This document shows positions 31,211-42,000 of a stretch of DNA of 64,000 nucleotides, in pieces. The notes beneath the pieces are model-generated. The model saw nothing but the letters and a program-made list of their open reading frames with translations, was not told where the DNA came from and did no database searches. Source of the DNA: an uncultured Pseudomonadota bacterium (GTDB lineage Bacteria > Vulcanimicrobiota > Vulcanimicrobiia > Eremiobacterales > Eremiobacteraceae); contig CAVTNB010000001.1 in the NCBI GenBank assembly GCA_963736005.1, positions 736,001 through 800,000 on the forward strand, in the 5' to 3' direction. Both the position numbers and the translations under genes were made by a program. Positions within the stretch are counted from its first letter, which is position 1; each line of letters starts with the position of its first letter.

Positions 31211-32051
31211 TGACGAAATCGATGGTGGGAAGAGCAGGGATCAGCGCCGCGTCTTCCGCTCGCTGCAAGAAGTGTTCAATGCTCGCGCGACCATCCGGAC
31301 CAAGATCCACCGTGCGCTCATTGACGTACATGCCAACGAACGTGTCGGCGGTTTCCTTTTTCATCCCGCGAGAATATTGCAGTGCCCAATCCAATGCTTC
31401 CGCTCGATGTGCTAATCCGTACTCAATGCTCTCGCGCAAGTGACGCGATGCCAGCGTCTTGACGACCTCGGGCAGCGATCGTCGGATCGCATTCACGCCC
31501 AGCGGCAGCGGCAACCCAGTTTCCTCGTACCACCACGCCCCAAGATTCACAATCGAGCTCAACCCGTGCGCTTCGTGCGTCAGCTGACCCTCGTGGATCA
31601 AAAGGCCGTACTCTATCTTGCCGCCTGCAACGGCTTCCATGATCGTGTCGAACGGCATGACGACCGGCGTGAAGTCTCCAATACAGAGACGCAGACCAAG
31701 ATACGCGCTCGTCATGAGGCCGGGAACCGCGATTGGAACTCCGCGCAGCTCGTGGGGGTTCACCTTTCGTCGCGCGACGACCATTGGCCCGTAATCGCGA
31801 TCTCCCATTGAGGCGCCGTGATTGAGAATCGCGTACTTGTCGGCAACGTACGCGTAGGCGTGTACGGAGATCGCCGTCGCGTCCAAGCGCCCCTCCGTTG
31901 CCCACTCGTTCAGTGTTTGAATGTCTTTGAGAACATGTTCGTACGACAAATCATCCGTGGAAATTTTGCCGCTCGCGAGGGCATAAAACATGAACGCGTC
32001 ATCGGAGTCCGGTGAATGGCCGAGCGTGAGTTGTCGAATTCCGTCAGTCAT
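31206..32051 (-). CDS. mqnD: 1,4-dihydroxy-6-naphthoate synthase (futalosine menaquinone pathway)
   Basis: GHSPDSDDAFMFY, DIQTLN, IHEGQLT, TGLPLPLG, GMYVN. Confidence 0.88.
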   Translation of the reverse strand: MTDGIRQLTLGHSPDSDDAFMFYALASGKISTDDLSYEHVLKDIQTLNEWATEGRLDATAISVHAYAYVADKYAILNHGASMGDRDYGPMVVARRKVNPHELRGVPIAVPGLMTSAYLGLRLCIGDFTPVVMPFDTIMEAVAGGKIEYGLLIHEGQLTHEAHGLSSIVNLGAWWYEETGLPLPLGVNAIRRSLPEVVKTLASRHLRESIEYGLAHRAEALDWALQYSRGMKKETADTFVGMYVNERTVDLGPDGRASIEHFLQRAEDAALIPALPTIDFVM

Positions 32052-32107
32052 GGCACCGCCGGTTCTCGCAGGGATTCTTCTTCTCCGCCGATAACAACGT
32101 GAAAAGT

Positions 32108-32467
32108 ATGAATCCACAAGAAACACCGGAAGCGCAAGCGGCCTCGGCTGCGGTCAACGAACCACTGACCGAAGAGCGGGTCCGCTCGGAGCTGCGCAAC
32201 GTGGTCGATCCAGAAATCGGTATCGACATGGTGAGCCTCGGCCTGATTTACGGCGTCAAGATCGAGGGTACGGTCGTCTCGGTCACCATGACGCTCACCT
32301 CACCAGGCTGTCCGGTAGCTGGCATGTTCATCAGCGCGGTGCATGCGGCACTGATGTCCATTCCTGGCGTGACCGATGCGAAAGTAGACTTGACGTTCGC
32401 CCCACCGTGGGATCCACGAACCATGGCGAGCGAGGACGCCAAAATGATGATGGGGATCTACTACTAA
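32108..32467 (+). CDS. DUF59/SufT-like metal-sulfur cluster assembly factor
   Basis: DPEIGID.V.LGLIY, MTLTSPGCP, PPW. Confidence 0.9.
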   Translation: MNPQETPEAQAASAAVNEPLTEERVRSELRNVVDPEIGIDMVSLGLIYGVKIEGTVVSVTMTLTSPGCPVAGMFISAVHAALMSIPGVTDAKVDLTFAPPWDPRTMASEDAKMMMGIYY

Positions 32468-33223
32468 TTGCAGCGTGACAACGGCGCTCCGAGCGCCGTT
32501 TCTATCCAGCATCTCACGAAGCGCTACAAAACCGTCACCGCGGTTGACGACCTCTCGTTCGAGGTTGCTCCTGGCGAGTTTTTTGGTTTTCTGGGGCCAA
32601 ACGGCGCCGGCAAGACGACGACGATTAACGCCATGGTAGGCCTCGCGACGATTCAAGGCGGCAGCATCAGCATTTTTGGTCACGATGTCATCACCGATTA
32701 TCGTCGCGCTCGGTCCCTCATTGGTTTGTCACCGCAAGAATTCAACTTCGATCGCTACCTGACGATCGAGGAAATCCTCATCTATCAGGGTGGTTACTAC
32801 GGCATGCCGCTGGCTTCGGCGAAACCGCGGGCTCGCGAATTGCTCGATCAATTCGAACTCACAGACAAGCGGCGCAACAGCTACCTCGAACTCTCTGGTG
32901 GAATGAAGCGGCGGCTCTCGCTTGCCCGAGCGCTCATTCACAGCCCAAAGCTGCTCATTTTGGACGAACCAACTGCCGGCATGGACGTTGAGCTGCGTTT
33001 GGAGCTATGGGATTTTCTCAAGATCATCAACGCCGGGGGCATGACGGTGTTCATGACCTCGCACTATATCGAAGAAGTCGAAATGTTGTGCAACCGGATT
33101 GGCATCGTTAATTATGGCAAACTCGTGGAACTAGAAGACAAAGCCGCGCTCATGGCACGGCACAGCGAGCAGTCACTGCAAGAGGTCTTCTTAGAACTCG
33201 TGGGACGTCGCACGCATGGTTAA
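32468..33223 (+). CDS. ABC transporter ATP-binding protein (YadG-like)
   Basis: GPNGAGKTT, LSGGMKRR, LDEPTAG. Confidence 0.92.
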   Translation: MQRDNGAPSAVSIQHLTKRYKTVTAVDDLSFEVAPGEFFGFLGPNGAGKTTTINAMVGLATIQGGSISIFGHDVITDYRRARSLIGLSPQEFNFDRYLTIEEILIYQGGYYGMPLASAKPRARELLDQFELTDKRRNSYLELSGGMKRRLSLARALIHSPKLLILDEPTAGMDVELRLELWDFLKIINAGGMTVFMTSHYIEEVEMLCNRIGIVNYGKLVELEDKAALMARHSEQSLQEVFLELVGRRTHG

Positions 33224-33980
33224 TTACGTCGGCTTGGGGACGCTCATTCGGCGCGAGCTCAAACGCACGTACATGGTGATCAATCAAGTTGTGTGGCCGC
33301 CGGTCATCACAACGTTGCTCTTCCTTTTCATTTTTGGCCTGTCCCTTGGATCGCGCATCAAAATTCTCGGCGGCGTGCCCTATGTCGAGTTTCTCTTGCC
33401 CGGACTGGTCATGCTCAACGTCATTTCGTCGAGTTACGACGAATCAGCGTCATCGCTGTTTCAGCAGCGCTTCATGAACTCAATTCAAGAACTTCTGATT
33501 GCTCCGCTCTCGTACATGGAACTTATCATGGGCTTCTTGACGGGCTCCGTCTTGCGAGGCCTGGTCATCGGCAATCTTGTCATGATCATTGGCCTCTTGC
33601 TCGTGCACGCGCACCCCAAAAACGCGCTGATTTACTTTTATTTCATGGTGATGACGGCGTTGCTCTTCTCTGCCGTTGGTATGATTGCAGGGTTGCTCGG
33701 TAAGACTTGGGACAATCTTGCTATCTTTACCACGTTCGTCATCACGCCGTTGACGTATATCGGCGGCGTTTTCTCAAGCATCGCACTGTTGCCGTCCATC
33801 TTTCGAAAAATTTCATTATTCAACCCAATGCTCTATATGATTGACGGCTTCCGCAGTTCGTACACTGGTGTTGTTGACGTGAGCCTCACAGCCGACGCCG
33901 CCGTCGTAACGATCTTGGCTTTCGCCGCACTCGCTATTGCCGTCGTGTTGACCAAGCGTGGAGTAAACTTGCGCGTCTAG
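33216..33980 (+). CDS. ABC-2 permease (YadH-like)
   Basis: PPVITT, PGL, PLTY.GGVF, NP..YMIDGFR, six TM segments. Confidence 0.9.
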   Translation: MVNYVGLGTLIRRELKRTYMVINQVVWPPVITTLLFLFIFGLSLGSRIKILGGVPYVEFLLPGLVMLNVISSSYDESASSLFQQRFMNSIQELLIAPLSYMELIMGFLTGSVLRGLVIGNLVMIIGLLLVHAHPKNALIYFYFMVMTALLFSAVGMIAGLLGKTWDNLAIFTTFVITPLTYIGGVFSSIALLPSIFRKISLFNPMLYMIDGFRSSYTGVVDVSLTADAAVVTILAFAALAIAVVLTKRGVNLRV

Positions 33981-34075
33981 GTCTTTTGTCCGATGTTTAT
34001 GGCACACCGGCGCGCGAAAATTAAGTTCGTCAATAACAAAAAGGAAGCAGACTCGAACGGCGGAACCACTCTGTT

Positions 34076-36439
34076 GTGCATTTAATTTTTCTCGCCTTAT
34101 GCTGCCTCATTAGTGGCAACGTGCATGCGCAATCCGGTGCGCCTTTGTCGCACGTGCGTATCGCTCTTTTGGGGGCTGCTTCGCTTGACACAACGAGCGA
34201 CGCGAAAGGAAATTTTTCCTTAAGCGCCCCCCAGGGAGCGTACGTCTTGAGCGCTTCGGTTCGGGGCTTTTCACCTGTTGCGATCGCACTAAAGGTCGAT
34301 CGCGATGTCACCGTGGATGTTGCGCTCGAAGCCCTCGACTCGCCGAAACTTCGCCAAATAGGAACGGTGACCGTCGATGGACGCCTCGCGCCGATTCGAG
34401 GAGTTATCCCATCGATCGATCTTACCCGATCGGATTTCGACCGGCTTGGTAACGATCGCCTCATCGAAGGGCTGCAAGCCCTACCTTCCGTTACCTTTTC
34501 GCGACCCAACGGCGGTTCGGCCGCTGCCATTTCGGTGCTTTCGCTCCGAGGGCCAGACCCTTCTGAGGCGCTCGACACGCTCGACGGCCAGCTGCTCAAT
34601 GATGGCAACACGGGCGATCTCGACCTCTCGCGCTTTCCGGTAGCGGCGTTTTCCTCGGTCGATCTCACCGAGGGCTTGGGACCTGAGGACGCTGAGGGCA
34701 GCAATACATTCGGTGGCGGGATTAACTTCGTCTCGCTGCGTCCGACGCAAGAACCCCACTATGCTTATTCGGTGTCGGGTGGGTCGTTTGGTCGCAGCGA
34801 AGTTTGGTTCAACACGACCGGCACCCAAGGACGCCTTGGCTACGGCGGCGCGCTCGACGATCAAAACGAGAGTGGCTTCGTCAATCAAACGGTCCAATTG
34901 TACCAGGCAACACCTCTTGGAACGACTCCCTCGCCGCCTCTTCCCGTTGCGCTTGGCTCGTCGGTTGCGTCGCACTTGGGACTCGCCAATCTCACCTGGA
35001 CGTTTTCGCAGAACGCCGATCTCAACGCTCGTGTCTTTGTGCTGGGCGACAACCGCGACGAAAGCAGCGCGCTCAACGGCATCGATGGTCACACGGGAGA
35101 TTCAACCTTCGGCCTTTTCATTGGACCCGGAGCGCAAACGTTTGGACAAACGATCCGCGCGTATATGCTCGATGGCCGGCTCCCGCTGGGTGCTGGCGAG
35201 TTGACGGCCTCCGCGCAAGAGAGCGATAACAATATCGCTATCAACGGTCAGAATTTTATTAATCCCTACAGCGTGAATCATCTCGACCATCGGTATAACG
35301 GGGCGCTGACGTGGCAACGGACCTTCGCAACGTCGCAATTTGCCTTGGGGGGTTACACGCGATACGAGAACCTTACGTTCGTCTCACCACCAGGCGCCGG
35401 GCCAGCGTCAGCTAATCTCGGCCAAACGATCGATGTTTTTTACGCGCGCGGGGGCTTTGCACCGACCGAGAAACTCCGTCTCGATGGCGGCGTATTTGAG
35501 TCGCGTTACACCTCGTTCGGGTCGAACCTAGATGGTCGTTTTGGCGCGATCTACAATATGGATCCAAGAACTGCGCTGCGCTTTTCGGTTGGCACAGGAT
35601 TTAGGGCGCCGTTACTGGCTGAGCTCTATCGGCTTTCGGCAACACAGCTGGCCCAGGACGCCAACGGTGTGTTTGTCGGACAGGGAAACCCAAACGAGCA
35701 CCCCGAGCACGCGACGCTGTACGAACTTGGCGTGTCGCACGAATTCTCGCCGGAATCGACGCTTGATTTCTCGCTGTATCGGACGAATCTGCGCAACCCC
35801 ATCGAGGTCTTCTATCCGCTCAATGCCACTGCGCCGCCGCCCGGCCCAAATTGTCTGAGTCCGAGCAACACCCCGCTCACCCCATTTCCGGGCTGCTTCT
35901 CATACAATAGCAACGTCGGAACCGCGGTGTATCAGGGCACTGAGATTCGATTCGTCAGCCGCTTCGTGCCGCAACATCTTTTCCTCACCGCGCTGTATGG
36001 CATCAACGTTGCGTATCCGTCTAATTTCACTGCGGAGTTTTCAAATCCAACCTCCGGGGGCAGCCTTGTCGACAACGCCCAGTTCCTAGGCATCCCACAG
36101 CAACAGGGATCTCTCCAGCTTGACTGGGCCAGCAGCGGATGGCACGCCTCCGCCGCTTCGATCTTCCGGGGTAGGAATAACGAGCTCAGCGTGCCGCCAT
36201 TTATGATTGTCAACGCCATGCTCGGCAAACAGGTGAGCCGGCACGTCGACCTATCGCTTGCCGGCACAAACCTTTTCAACGCAGCAGGGGGTCCGTTTAC
36301 CGTGTTCGGGGCCGGCGTGCCCTACCGAGGAGTTGTTGGTCAAGACGCGAGCCTCAATCCGATCTATGGTCCGTTGCCCACGGATGCACGTCACATCGAG
36401 CCTGCGGGCGTTCGACTGATCCTCACCGTTCGCGACTAA
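34076..36439 (+). CDS. TonB-dependent receptor with N-terminal carboxypeptidase-regulatory-like domain
   Basis: Plug motifs LRG..LDG..GG.INF; GTGFRAP, GNP.EHPE, GTNLFN; beta-strand-rich. Confidence 0.85.
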   Translation: MHLIFLALCCLISGNVHAQSGAPLSHVRIALLGAASLDTTSDAKGNFSLSAPQGAYVLSASVRGFSPVAIALKVDRDVTVDVALEALDSPKLRQIGTVTVDGRLAPIRGVIPSIDLTRSDFDRLGNDRLIEGLQALPSVTFSRPNGGSAAAISVLSLRGPDPSEALDTLDGQLLNDGNTGDLDLSRFPVAAFSSVDLTEGLGPEDAEGSNTFGGGINFVSLRPTQEPHYAYSVSGGSFGRSEVWFNTTGTQGRLGYGGALDDQNESGFVNQTVQLYQATPLGTTPSPPLPVALGSSVASHLGLANLTWTFSQNADLNARVFVLGDNRDESSALNGIDGHTGDSTFGLFIGPGAQTFGQTIRAYMLDGRLPLGAGELTASAQESDNNIAINGQNFINPYSVNHLDHRYNGALTWQRTFATSQFALGGYTRYENLTFVSPPGAGPASANLGQTIDVFYARGGFAPTEKLRLDGGVFESRYTSFGSNLDGRFGAIYNMDPRTALRFSVGTGFRAPLLAELYRLSATQLAQDANGVFVGQGNPNEHPEHATLYELGVSHEFSPESTLDFSLYRTNLRNPIEVFYPLNATAPPPGPNCLSPSNTPLTPFPGCFSYNSNVGTAVYQGTEIRFVSRFVPQHLFLTALYGINVAYPSNFTAEFSNPTSGGSLVDNAQFLGIPQQQGSLQLDWASSGWHASAASIFRGRNNELSVPPFMIVNAMLGKQVSRHVDLSLAGTNLFNAAGGPFTVFGAGVPYRGVVGQDASLNPIYGPLPTDARHIEPAGVRLILTVRD

Positions 36440-36885
36440 CGAGTCTCTTTTTCAATCGCCGCCAAAGAGCGGCCTTCGAAATCTTCGATCTGCTGGCGGC
36501 GCAGGTCTGAGACCTGGATCGACTTTCCCTTCGCGTAGTCGAACATGACTTGGATGGACGTCATTTCAAAAACCAGCTGACCGGTGTTGGCGTTACGGAC
36601 TTCATGCTCCATCACAAAGCTCGAGCGGCGCAGCTCCGTTACCCGGCAGCCCGCGATCAAATCATCACCCAGCTCCGCAGACAATCGATAGCGAGCCGTC
36701 AACTCCGCCAAGACAAAATCGAACTGCTCAAGCTTCTCGATGCCCGTCACCTTCATCCAATACTCGGTTCGAGCTGCCTCGGCGTACGATAAATAGACGG
36801 CATGATTGACGTGGCGCATTCCGTCAAGGTCGCGAAACATGACTTTGATTGGGCGAAGGAGCCTAAATCGATTTTCTTCCGGCAC
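36436..36885 (-). CDS. Acyl-CoA thioesterase (4HBT family)
   Basis: DLDGMRHVNHAVYL.Y.E.AR. Confidence 0.88.
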   Translation of the reverse strand: MPEENRFRLLRPIKVMFRDLDGMRHVNHAVYLSYAEAARTEYWMKVTGIEKLEQFDFVLAELTARYRLSAELGDDLIAGCRVTELRRSSFVMEHEVRNANTGQLVFEMTSIQVMFDYAKGKSIQVSDLRRQQIEDFEGRSLAAIEKETR

Positions 36886-36906
36886 GAAGTCGAACGAAGC
36901 GTTCGG

Positions 36907-37287
36907 CTAGGCGGACTTCTTCATTGGCGCTTCGCCCAGCGGCGACGGAACGATTTCTTGCCGCGCCAGCAGCGTTTCGGAGTTGGCGACCGCCCAGTTG
37001 TGAAGCTGCTGCAAGATGGGCAGCAGACTTCGCCCCAGCGCCGTGAGCGAGTACTCGACCCGCGGCGGTATTTCGGCATACGCTTTGCGCGTCACAAGGC
37101 CATCATGCTCGAGATCGCGCAGCTGGCGCGTCAGGACTTTTGGCGTTACTCCCTGCATGGCGCGCTGCAACTCCCGAAAGCGCATGGTACCCTCGCCCAA
37201 GTTGGCGATGACGATGACCTTCCACTTGTCAGCGATCATCGCAATGGTTCTTTGTATGGGGCACGTGAGCTTGGTGGAGTAGGTCAT
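36907..37287 (-). CDS. HxlR family winged-helix regulator
   Basis: CPI..KWK..RFREL..LRDLE.DGLV..PPRVEYSLT. Confidence 0.92.
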   Translation of the reverse strand: MTYSTKLTCPIQRTIAMIADKWKVIVIANLGEGTMRFRELQRAMQGVTPKVLTRQLRDLEHDGLVTRKAYAEIPPRVEYSLTALGRSLLPILQQLHNWAVANSETLLARQEIVPSPLGEAPMKKSA

Positions 37288-37449
37288 CTGGAGGTCTCCT
37301 GCCGCGACTGGCGATGGGGGCAGGCTAAGTTCCTTTTGGCCCCACGCTTTCCTTTTGGACCTGATTGGTTGGTGGCAGATTTAGCGGTGGGTATTGCATG
37401 ACAACGTGTCCCGGCATCGCTGCGCGAGGATCGACGGTACGTCGCCGCT

Positions 37450-37529
37450 GGCGATTTCGGGCGATTTCGGGCGATTTGACAATCGCCCACTACATTTTCC
37501 TTTGGGCTATTTGACAATCGTCCGCTACA
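37450..37529 (-). repeat. Two REP family B copies plus 10-bp stutter; the outer GTAG supplies the Hpt gene stop
   Basis: (ggcgatttcg)x2, gggcgatttgacaatcgcccactaca; gggctatttgacaatcgtccgctaca. Confidence 0.85.
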
Positions 37530-37902
37530 TTTTTTTTATTACGAGCGCTCTTGCCTCGGACGCAAACCGATCGTACGCTCCGGCGAGTGATGCTGCCCAA
37601 CCGTCTATTGGTTCGCGCGGACCCGTTGCCAATTTTGTTTGCAGGTCTGCCGCGATTGTGGTTAGCTCTTCAGCGCCGATGTTCGCACAGACGCCTTTGA
37701 TCTCGTGGGCTAGAGCGTGGGCGTCATTTGATCTCCCGGCGGCCAGCTCGATTCGGAGGCGCTCGACGAGCGTTTTGAGCGAGACAATGGCCAGCTCTAG
37801 GATTTCTGAGATCGATACCCGGTCGGTGCCGAGCAATTCAACCAATCGATCGGGGTTGAGGGCCGCTCGACCCGCTAGAGGTCTGTGACTCGGCTCATAC
37901 AT
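37525..37902 (-). CDS. Hpt (histidine phosphotransfer) protein
   Basis: AHEIKG..ANIGA Hpt motif. Confidence 0.85.
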   Translation of the reverse strand: MYEPSHRPLAGRAALNPDRLVELLGTDRVSISEILELAIVSLKTLVERLRIELAAGRSNDAHALAHEIKGVCANIGAEELTTIAADLQTKLATGPREPIDGWAASLAGAYDRFASEARALVIKKM

Positions 37903-37948
37903 TCTTCGTACAAAGACTCGTCGTTCTGATGCGGGACCGATAACTTCT

Positions 37949-39091
37949 ATGAGCAACGTATTGGACGGTTTCACTGTGCGGCAACCTATCAAACCTCTTG
38001 TCATCGCGCGCGAGCAACGCCCGGCTTTTGCATCTGGCATTGCTGTTTCTTTTACTGTTCTTATTGTCGACGACAGCAACGTAAACCTTAAGCTCTACGA
38101 GAAGCTCGTGAAGAGCGTTGGGTGCGGCGATGCTGCCTGTTTTAGCACGTCGGCCAGCGCGCTCGCATGGGTTGGCGACCACGACGTCGATCTGATCATC
38201 GTCGACTACAAAATGGCAGCGCCGGATGGTTTGAAGTTTATCCAACTCATTCGCAAGATGGCGGACAAGGAACACGTGCCGATTTTGATGGTCACTGCTG
38301 ATCAGGCAAAACAGGTTCGGCGCGCCGCTCTTGAATTGGGTGCGAACGATTTTCTCGCCAAGCCTATCGACCCCGACGAGTTCACCGCTCGGATCAAAAA
38401 CATGCTGAGCTTGCGCCAGAGCCAAAAGCAGCTCGCAGAAACTGCTTCATGGCTCGCCGATCAGGTGAATGCTGCGACTGCCGAACTCGTCGCGCGCGAG
38501 CGCGAAACAATTCTCACGCTTTCGATGGCGGCGGAACGGCGCGATCCCGAAACGCCTTCCCACCTCGCTCGGATGGCTCACTATTGCGAGAGCATTGCTC
38601 GTGCCGCGGGCTTACCTAAGCCGAAGCAAGAGCTGATTTTGGCAACTGCCCCGCTCCACGACATCGGAAAGATCGGTGTCCCAGATCATGTTCTTCAGAA
38701 GACAGGGAAACTGACGCCCGCCGAATTTGCCTTGATGAAACGCCACACGATCATTGGGTATGAAATTCTGAAGCACGGCCGCTCGAGCACCATGCAAATG
38801 GCGGCACAAATCGCGCTCACCCACCATGAGCGCTTTGATGGATCGGGTTATCCACACGCTTTACGCGGCGACCAGATACCTCTCGTCGGTCGCATCTGCG
38901 GTGTCAGCGACGTCTTTGACGCGCTGACCTCGGCGCGATCATACAAGGAATCCTGGCCCGTTAAGGACGCGATCGCCGAGATCAATGCAGGCTCTGGCCG
39001 CCAGTTCGACCCGGAAATCGTCTCGGCGTTTAACGCCGTTTTGCCCGAGATCGCAGACATTAAGAGGAGATTCCCGGAGGAACGAGGCTGA
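37949..39091 (+). CDS. Response regulator with HD-GYP phosphodiesterase domain (RpfG-like)
   Basis: REC (VDD..D..KP), RDPET..H, HDIGK, HHERFDGSGYP, DVFDAL. Confidence 0.92.
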   Translation: MSNVLDGFTVRQPIKPLVIAREQRPAFASGIAVSFTVLIVDDSNVNLKLYEKLVKSVGCGDAACFSTSASALAWVGDHDVDLIIVDYKMAAPDGLKFIQLIRKMADKEHVPILMVTADQAKQVRRAALELGANDFLAKPIDPDEFTARIKNMLSLRQSQKQLAETASWLADQVNAATAELVARERETILTLSMAAERRDPETPSHLARMAHYCESIARAAGLPKPKQELILATAPLHDIGKIGVPDHVLQKTGKLTPAEFALMKRHTIIGYEILKHGRSSTMQMAAQIALTHHERFDGSGYPHALRGDQIPLVGRICGVSDVFDALTSARSYKESWPVKDAIAEINAGSGRQFDPEIVSAFNAVLPEIADIKRRFPEERG

Positions 39092-39096
39092 CGCTT

Positions 39097-42000
39097 GTGT
39101 CCTTAAAGCTCAGCCACAAACTGCTCATCATCACTGCGGTTCCCCTCGCGTTCATCTTGGCGCTGCTGTTTGCAGTGGACCAGATGCACGACCGGGTCGC
39201 CTCGGCCGAATACTACGCCCAGCGCTCCGAACTGGTCATCGTCCAAGCTCAATCACTTTCCCGCAACTTAGCGCGCGCCGAATCAAGTATTCGAGGTTAC
39301 GCCTTGACGGGAGACCCGAAACTTGCCGAGCCCTACCAGGCCGCGGCTGTCGATATTCCCGATCAATCCGATCGACTCAAGCAGCTGGTCAGCGAGAATG
39401 AAGACCAAGAACTAGCGGCAGCGCGGCTGGCTCAGCTCGCGCATCGGATCTTAGGTTCGCTCGCGCAGGTCCGGATCGTGGCGGACGCGAGCGGCAAGAA
39501 CCGACCACACGTTCAAGCCGCCGTGATCGCAAGTGGCGAGCTCAACGACCTGTTCGTGAATACCATGGAGCAATTTATTGCGGACGAACGCCGTTTAAGC
39601 GCGATTCGCGACGGCGACCTGCAAGGTGCGTGGCATCAGTTTGACGTGTTGTTGGTTGCCGGCGCGGTCGCGGCATGTTTTTTGACCCTCGCCCTCATGG
39701 CACTGTTCAGTCAAACGACGGCGCGACGACTGTCGATGCTAAGCCAAGCAGCCCAGCGCTTCGCGGCAAGTGGCGAGGTGGGGCCGCAGGTTGGCGGCAA
39801 CGATGAGGTGGCACAGGTCGACGAAGCGTTTCATGCCATGGCCGCGGTGCTCAAAGAACGCCAGGCAACGCTCGCGATGTACAAGTTGCTTTCTCAGCAC
39901 GCCCGCGACGCGATGATTTTTGCCCGCCGGAGCGATGGTCGCGTCATGGAGGCCAACGACGCCGCGCTTCAGATGTACGGATACACTCGCAGGGAAATCC
40001 TCTCACTCCGCGTGCACGATCTCCGCGATCCTGCGGATCTTGCAACCCTCGAGTCGACCCTGGCCGAAGCCGAACGCGGCGGCGTAATCTATGAGACAAG
40101 AAACAAGCGCAAAGATGGCTCGATCTTCCCAGTCGAGGTGGGGGCCCAAGGCGCCATCATTGGGGGAGAGCGTACGATCATGGGCATTGTCCGCGACATT
40201 ACCGAGCGCAAACAGTTCGAGCGCGAACGCCAACGCTATTTCGATCTCTCGATCGATCCCATGTGCGTCGCTCACATCGGCGGAAAATTCGTTCGAGTCA
40301 ATGCAGCCTTCGCAAACATTCTCGGATTCACGCAAGACGAACTGCTCGCTACGCCCTTTAGCGATCTCGTTCATCCCGATGACAGCGCGCTGCGAATGGA
40401 ACAACTGCGAAAACTGGAAGCTGGGGAGAAAGTGGTCGGCTTCGAGGTCCGTTGTCGCCGCAAAGACGGCACCTATGTGTGTTTGGTTTGGGATGCGGTG
40501 CCAGCGGGAGAAGGTGATCTCGTTTACGCCATGGGCCGCGACGTCACCGAACAGAAGGCCGCAGAGACCGCTCTTGCTCAAGCCAAAGACAAGGCAACCG
40601 AAGCGTCTCGCCTCAAGTCCCAATTTCTCGCCAACATGAGTCACGAGATCCGCACCCCGATGAACGGCGTCATCGGCATGACGGAACTTCTTCTTTCGAC
40701 CCCTCTCTCACGCGAGCAAAACGAATACGCAGGCGCAATCCGCGAGTCTGGGGCAGCATTGCTGGCAATCATCAACGAGATTTTGGATTTTTCCAAACTC
40801 GAAGCGGGAAGGCTCGATTTGGAGATTTCGGAATTTTCGCCGACCGCTGCGGCGGAGAGCGTCGCCGATCTGCTGGCCTCCCAGGCTCGTCAAAAATCGC
40901 TCGCCGTCCAGTCGTTTGTCGCAGCGGACGTGCCGCGCTCGTTGCGCGGCGATCCGGGCCGGCTGCGTCAAGTCCTCATCAATCTGGTTGGCAACGCCAT
41001 AAAATTTACCGACGTCGGCCGCGTCACACTGCGCGTCACCAGCGAAGCGACACAAGGCAACGGGGTGACGTTGAAATTTGCGGTTACCGACACAGGCGTC
41101 GGCATCCCTGTTGCGGCTCGATCGCGGCTCTTCCAGCCGTTCGTTCAGGCAGACGGTTCGGCTGCCCGATACGCCGGAGGCACCGGCCTTGGTCTTTCTA
41201 TCTGCAAGCGGCTTGTGGAACTCATGCACGGCGAAATTGGTTTTGAAAGCGAGCAGGGGAAGGGCTCGACCTTTACGTTCACGGCTCAGTTTGCAAGAAG
41301 CACGGTTGCTACGGCGGAGCCGCCCCGCACAGAACTGCAAGGCCATCGCGCGTTGGTCGTCGACGACGACCCCATCGCGAGAGAGATCATCCACGCCTAT
41401 GTCGTTTCCTGGGGAATGCGGGCAGAGGGCGTTGCGAGTGGCGGCGAGGCGCTCAACATGCTTCGCAAGGCCGTGCAGACAGGCGATCCTTACGATATTG
41501 CGATCGTCGATTTTTGGATGCCGCAGATGAACGGACTTACCTTGGCACGCAACGTCCGCTCCGACTCGACGCTGAGCCACACAAAGCTCATCCTCATGAC
41601 CGCCTTCGATGCAAATTTGCACCGCAATGAGGCAACCCGCGCCGGCTTCGCCGCTTACCTTACCAAACCAGTCAAGCAATCGCAGCTGTTCATGAGCATT
41701 TCGTCAGCAATTCGTCATGGCAATGCCGGCACGCCCGATGCCGCGGTGACCGCCACCATCCTCGAGCAGCTCGAACCGCGCCCCGGAGCGCTTGCATCGG
41801 CGAGGATTCTCGTCGCCGAGGACAACCTCATCAATCAGAAGCTCTCCGCGGCTCAACTGAAACGGCTAGGCCTTGACGCTGATGTTGTCAAGAATGGCCA
41901 GGAAGCAGTCGACGCGCTCAAGACCAAAGACTACGCACTCGTCCTCATGGACTGCCAAATGCCCGGCATGGATGGTTTCGAGGCAACTCGTATGGTGCGC

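Noticed and set aside
37299..37325. CGCGACTGGCGA resembling the ZTP riboswitch core
   Set aside because: Lacks the GGGGAGC and CGCCTGGGC elements, is antisense to the flanking genes, and has no purine/folate gene downstream.
37329..37358. TTCCTTTTGG direct repeat upstream of the HxlR gene
   Set aside because: A plausible operator, but two 10-mers alone are too weak to call.
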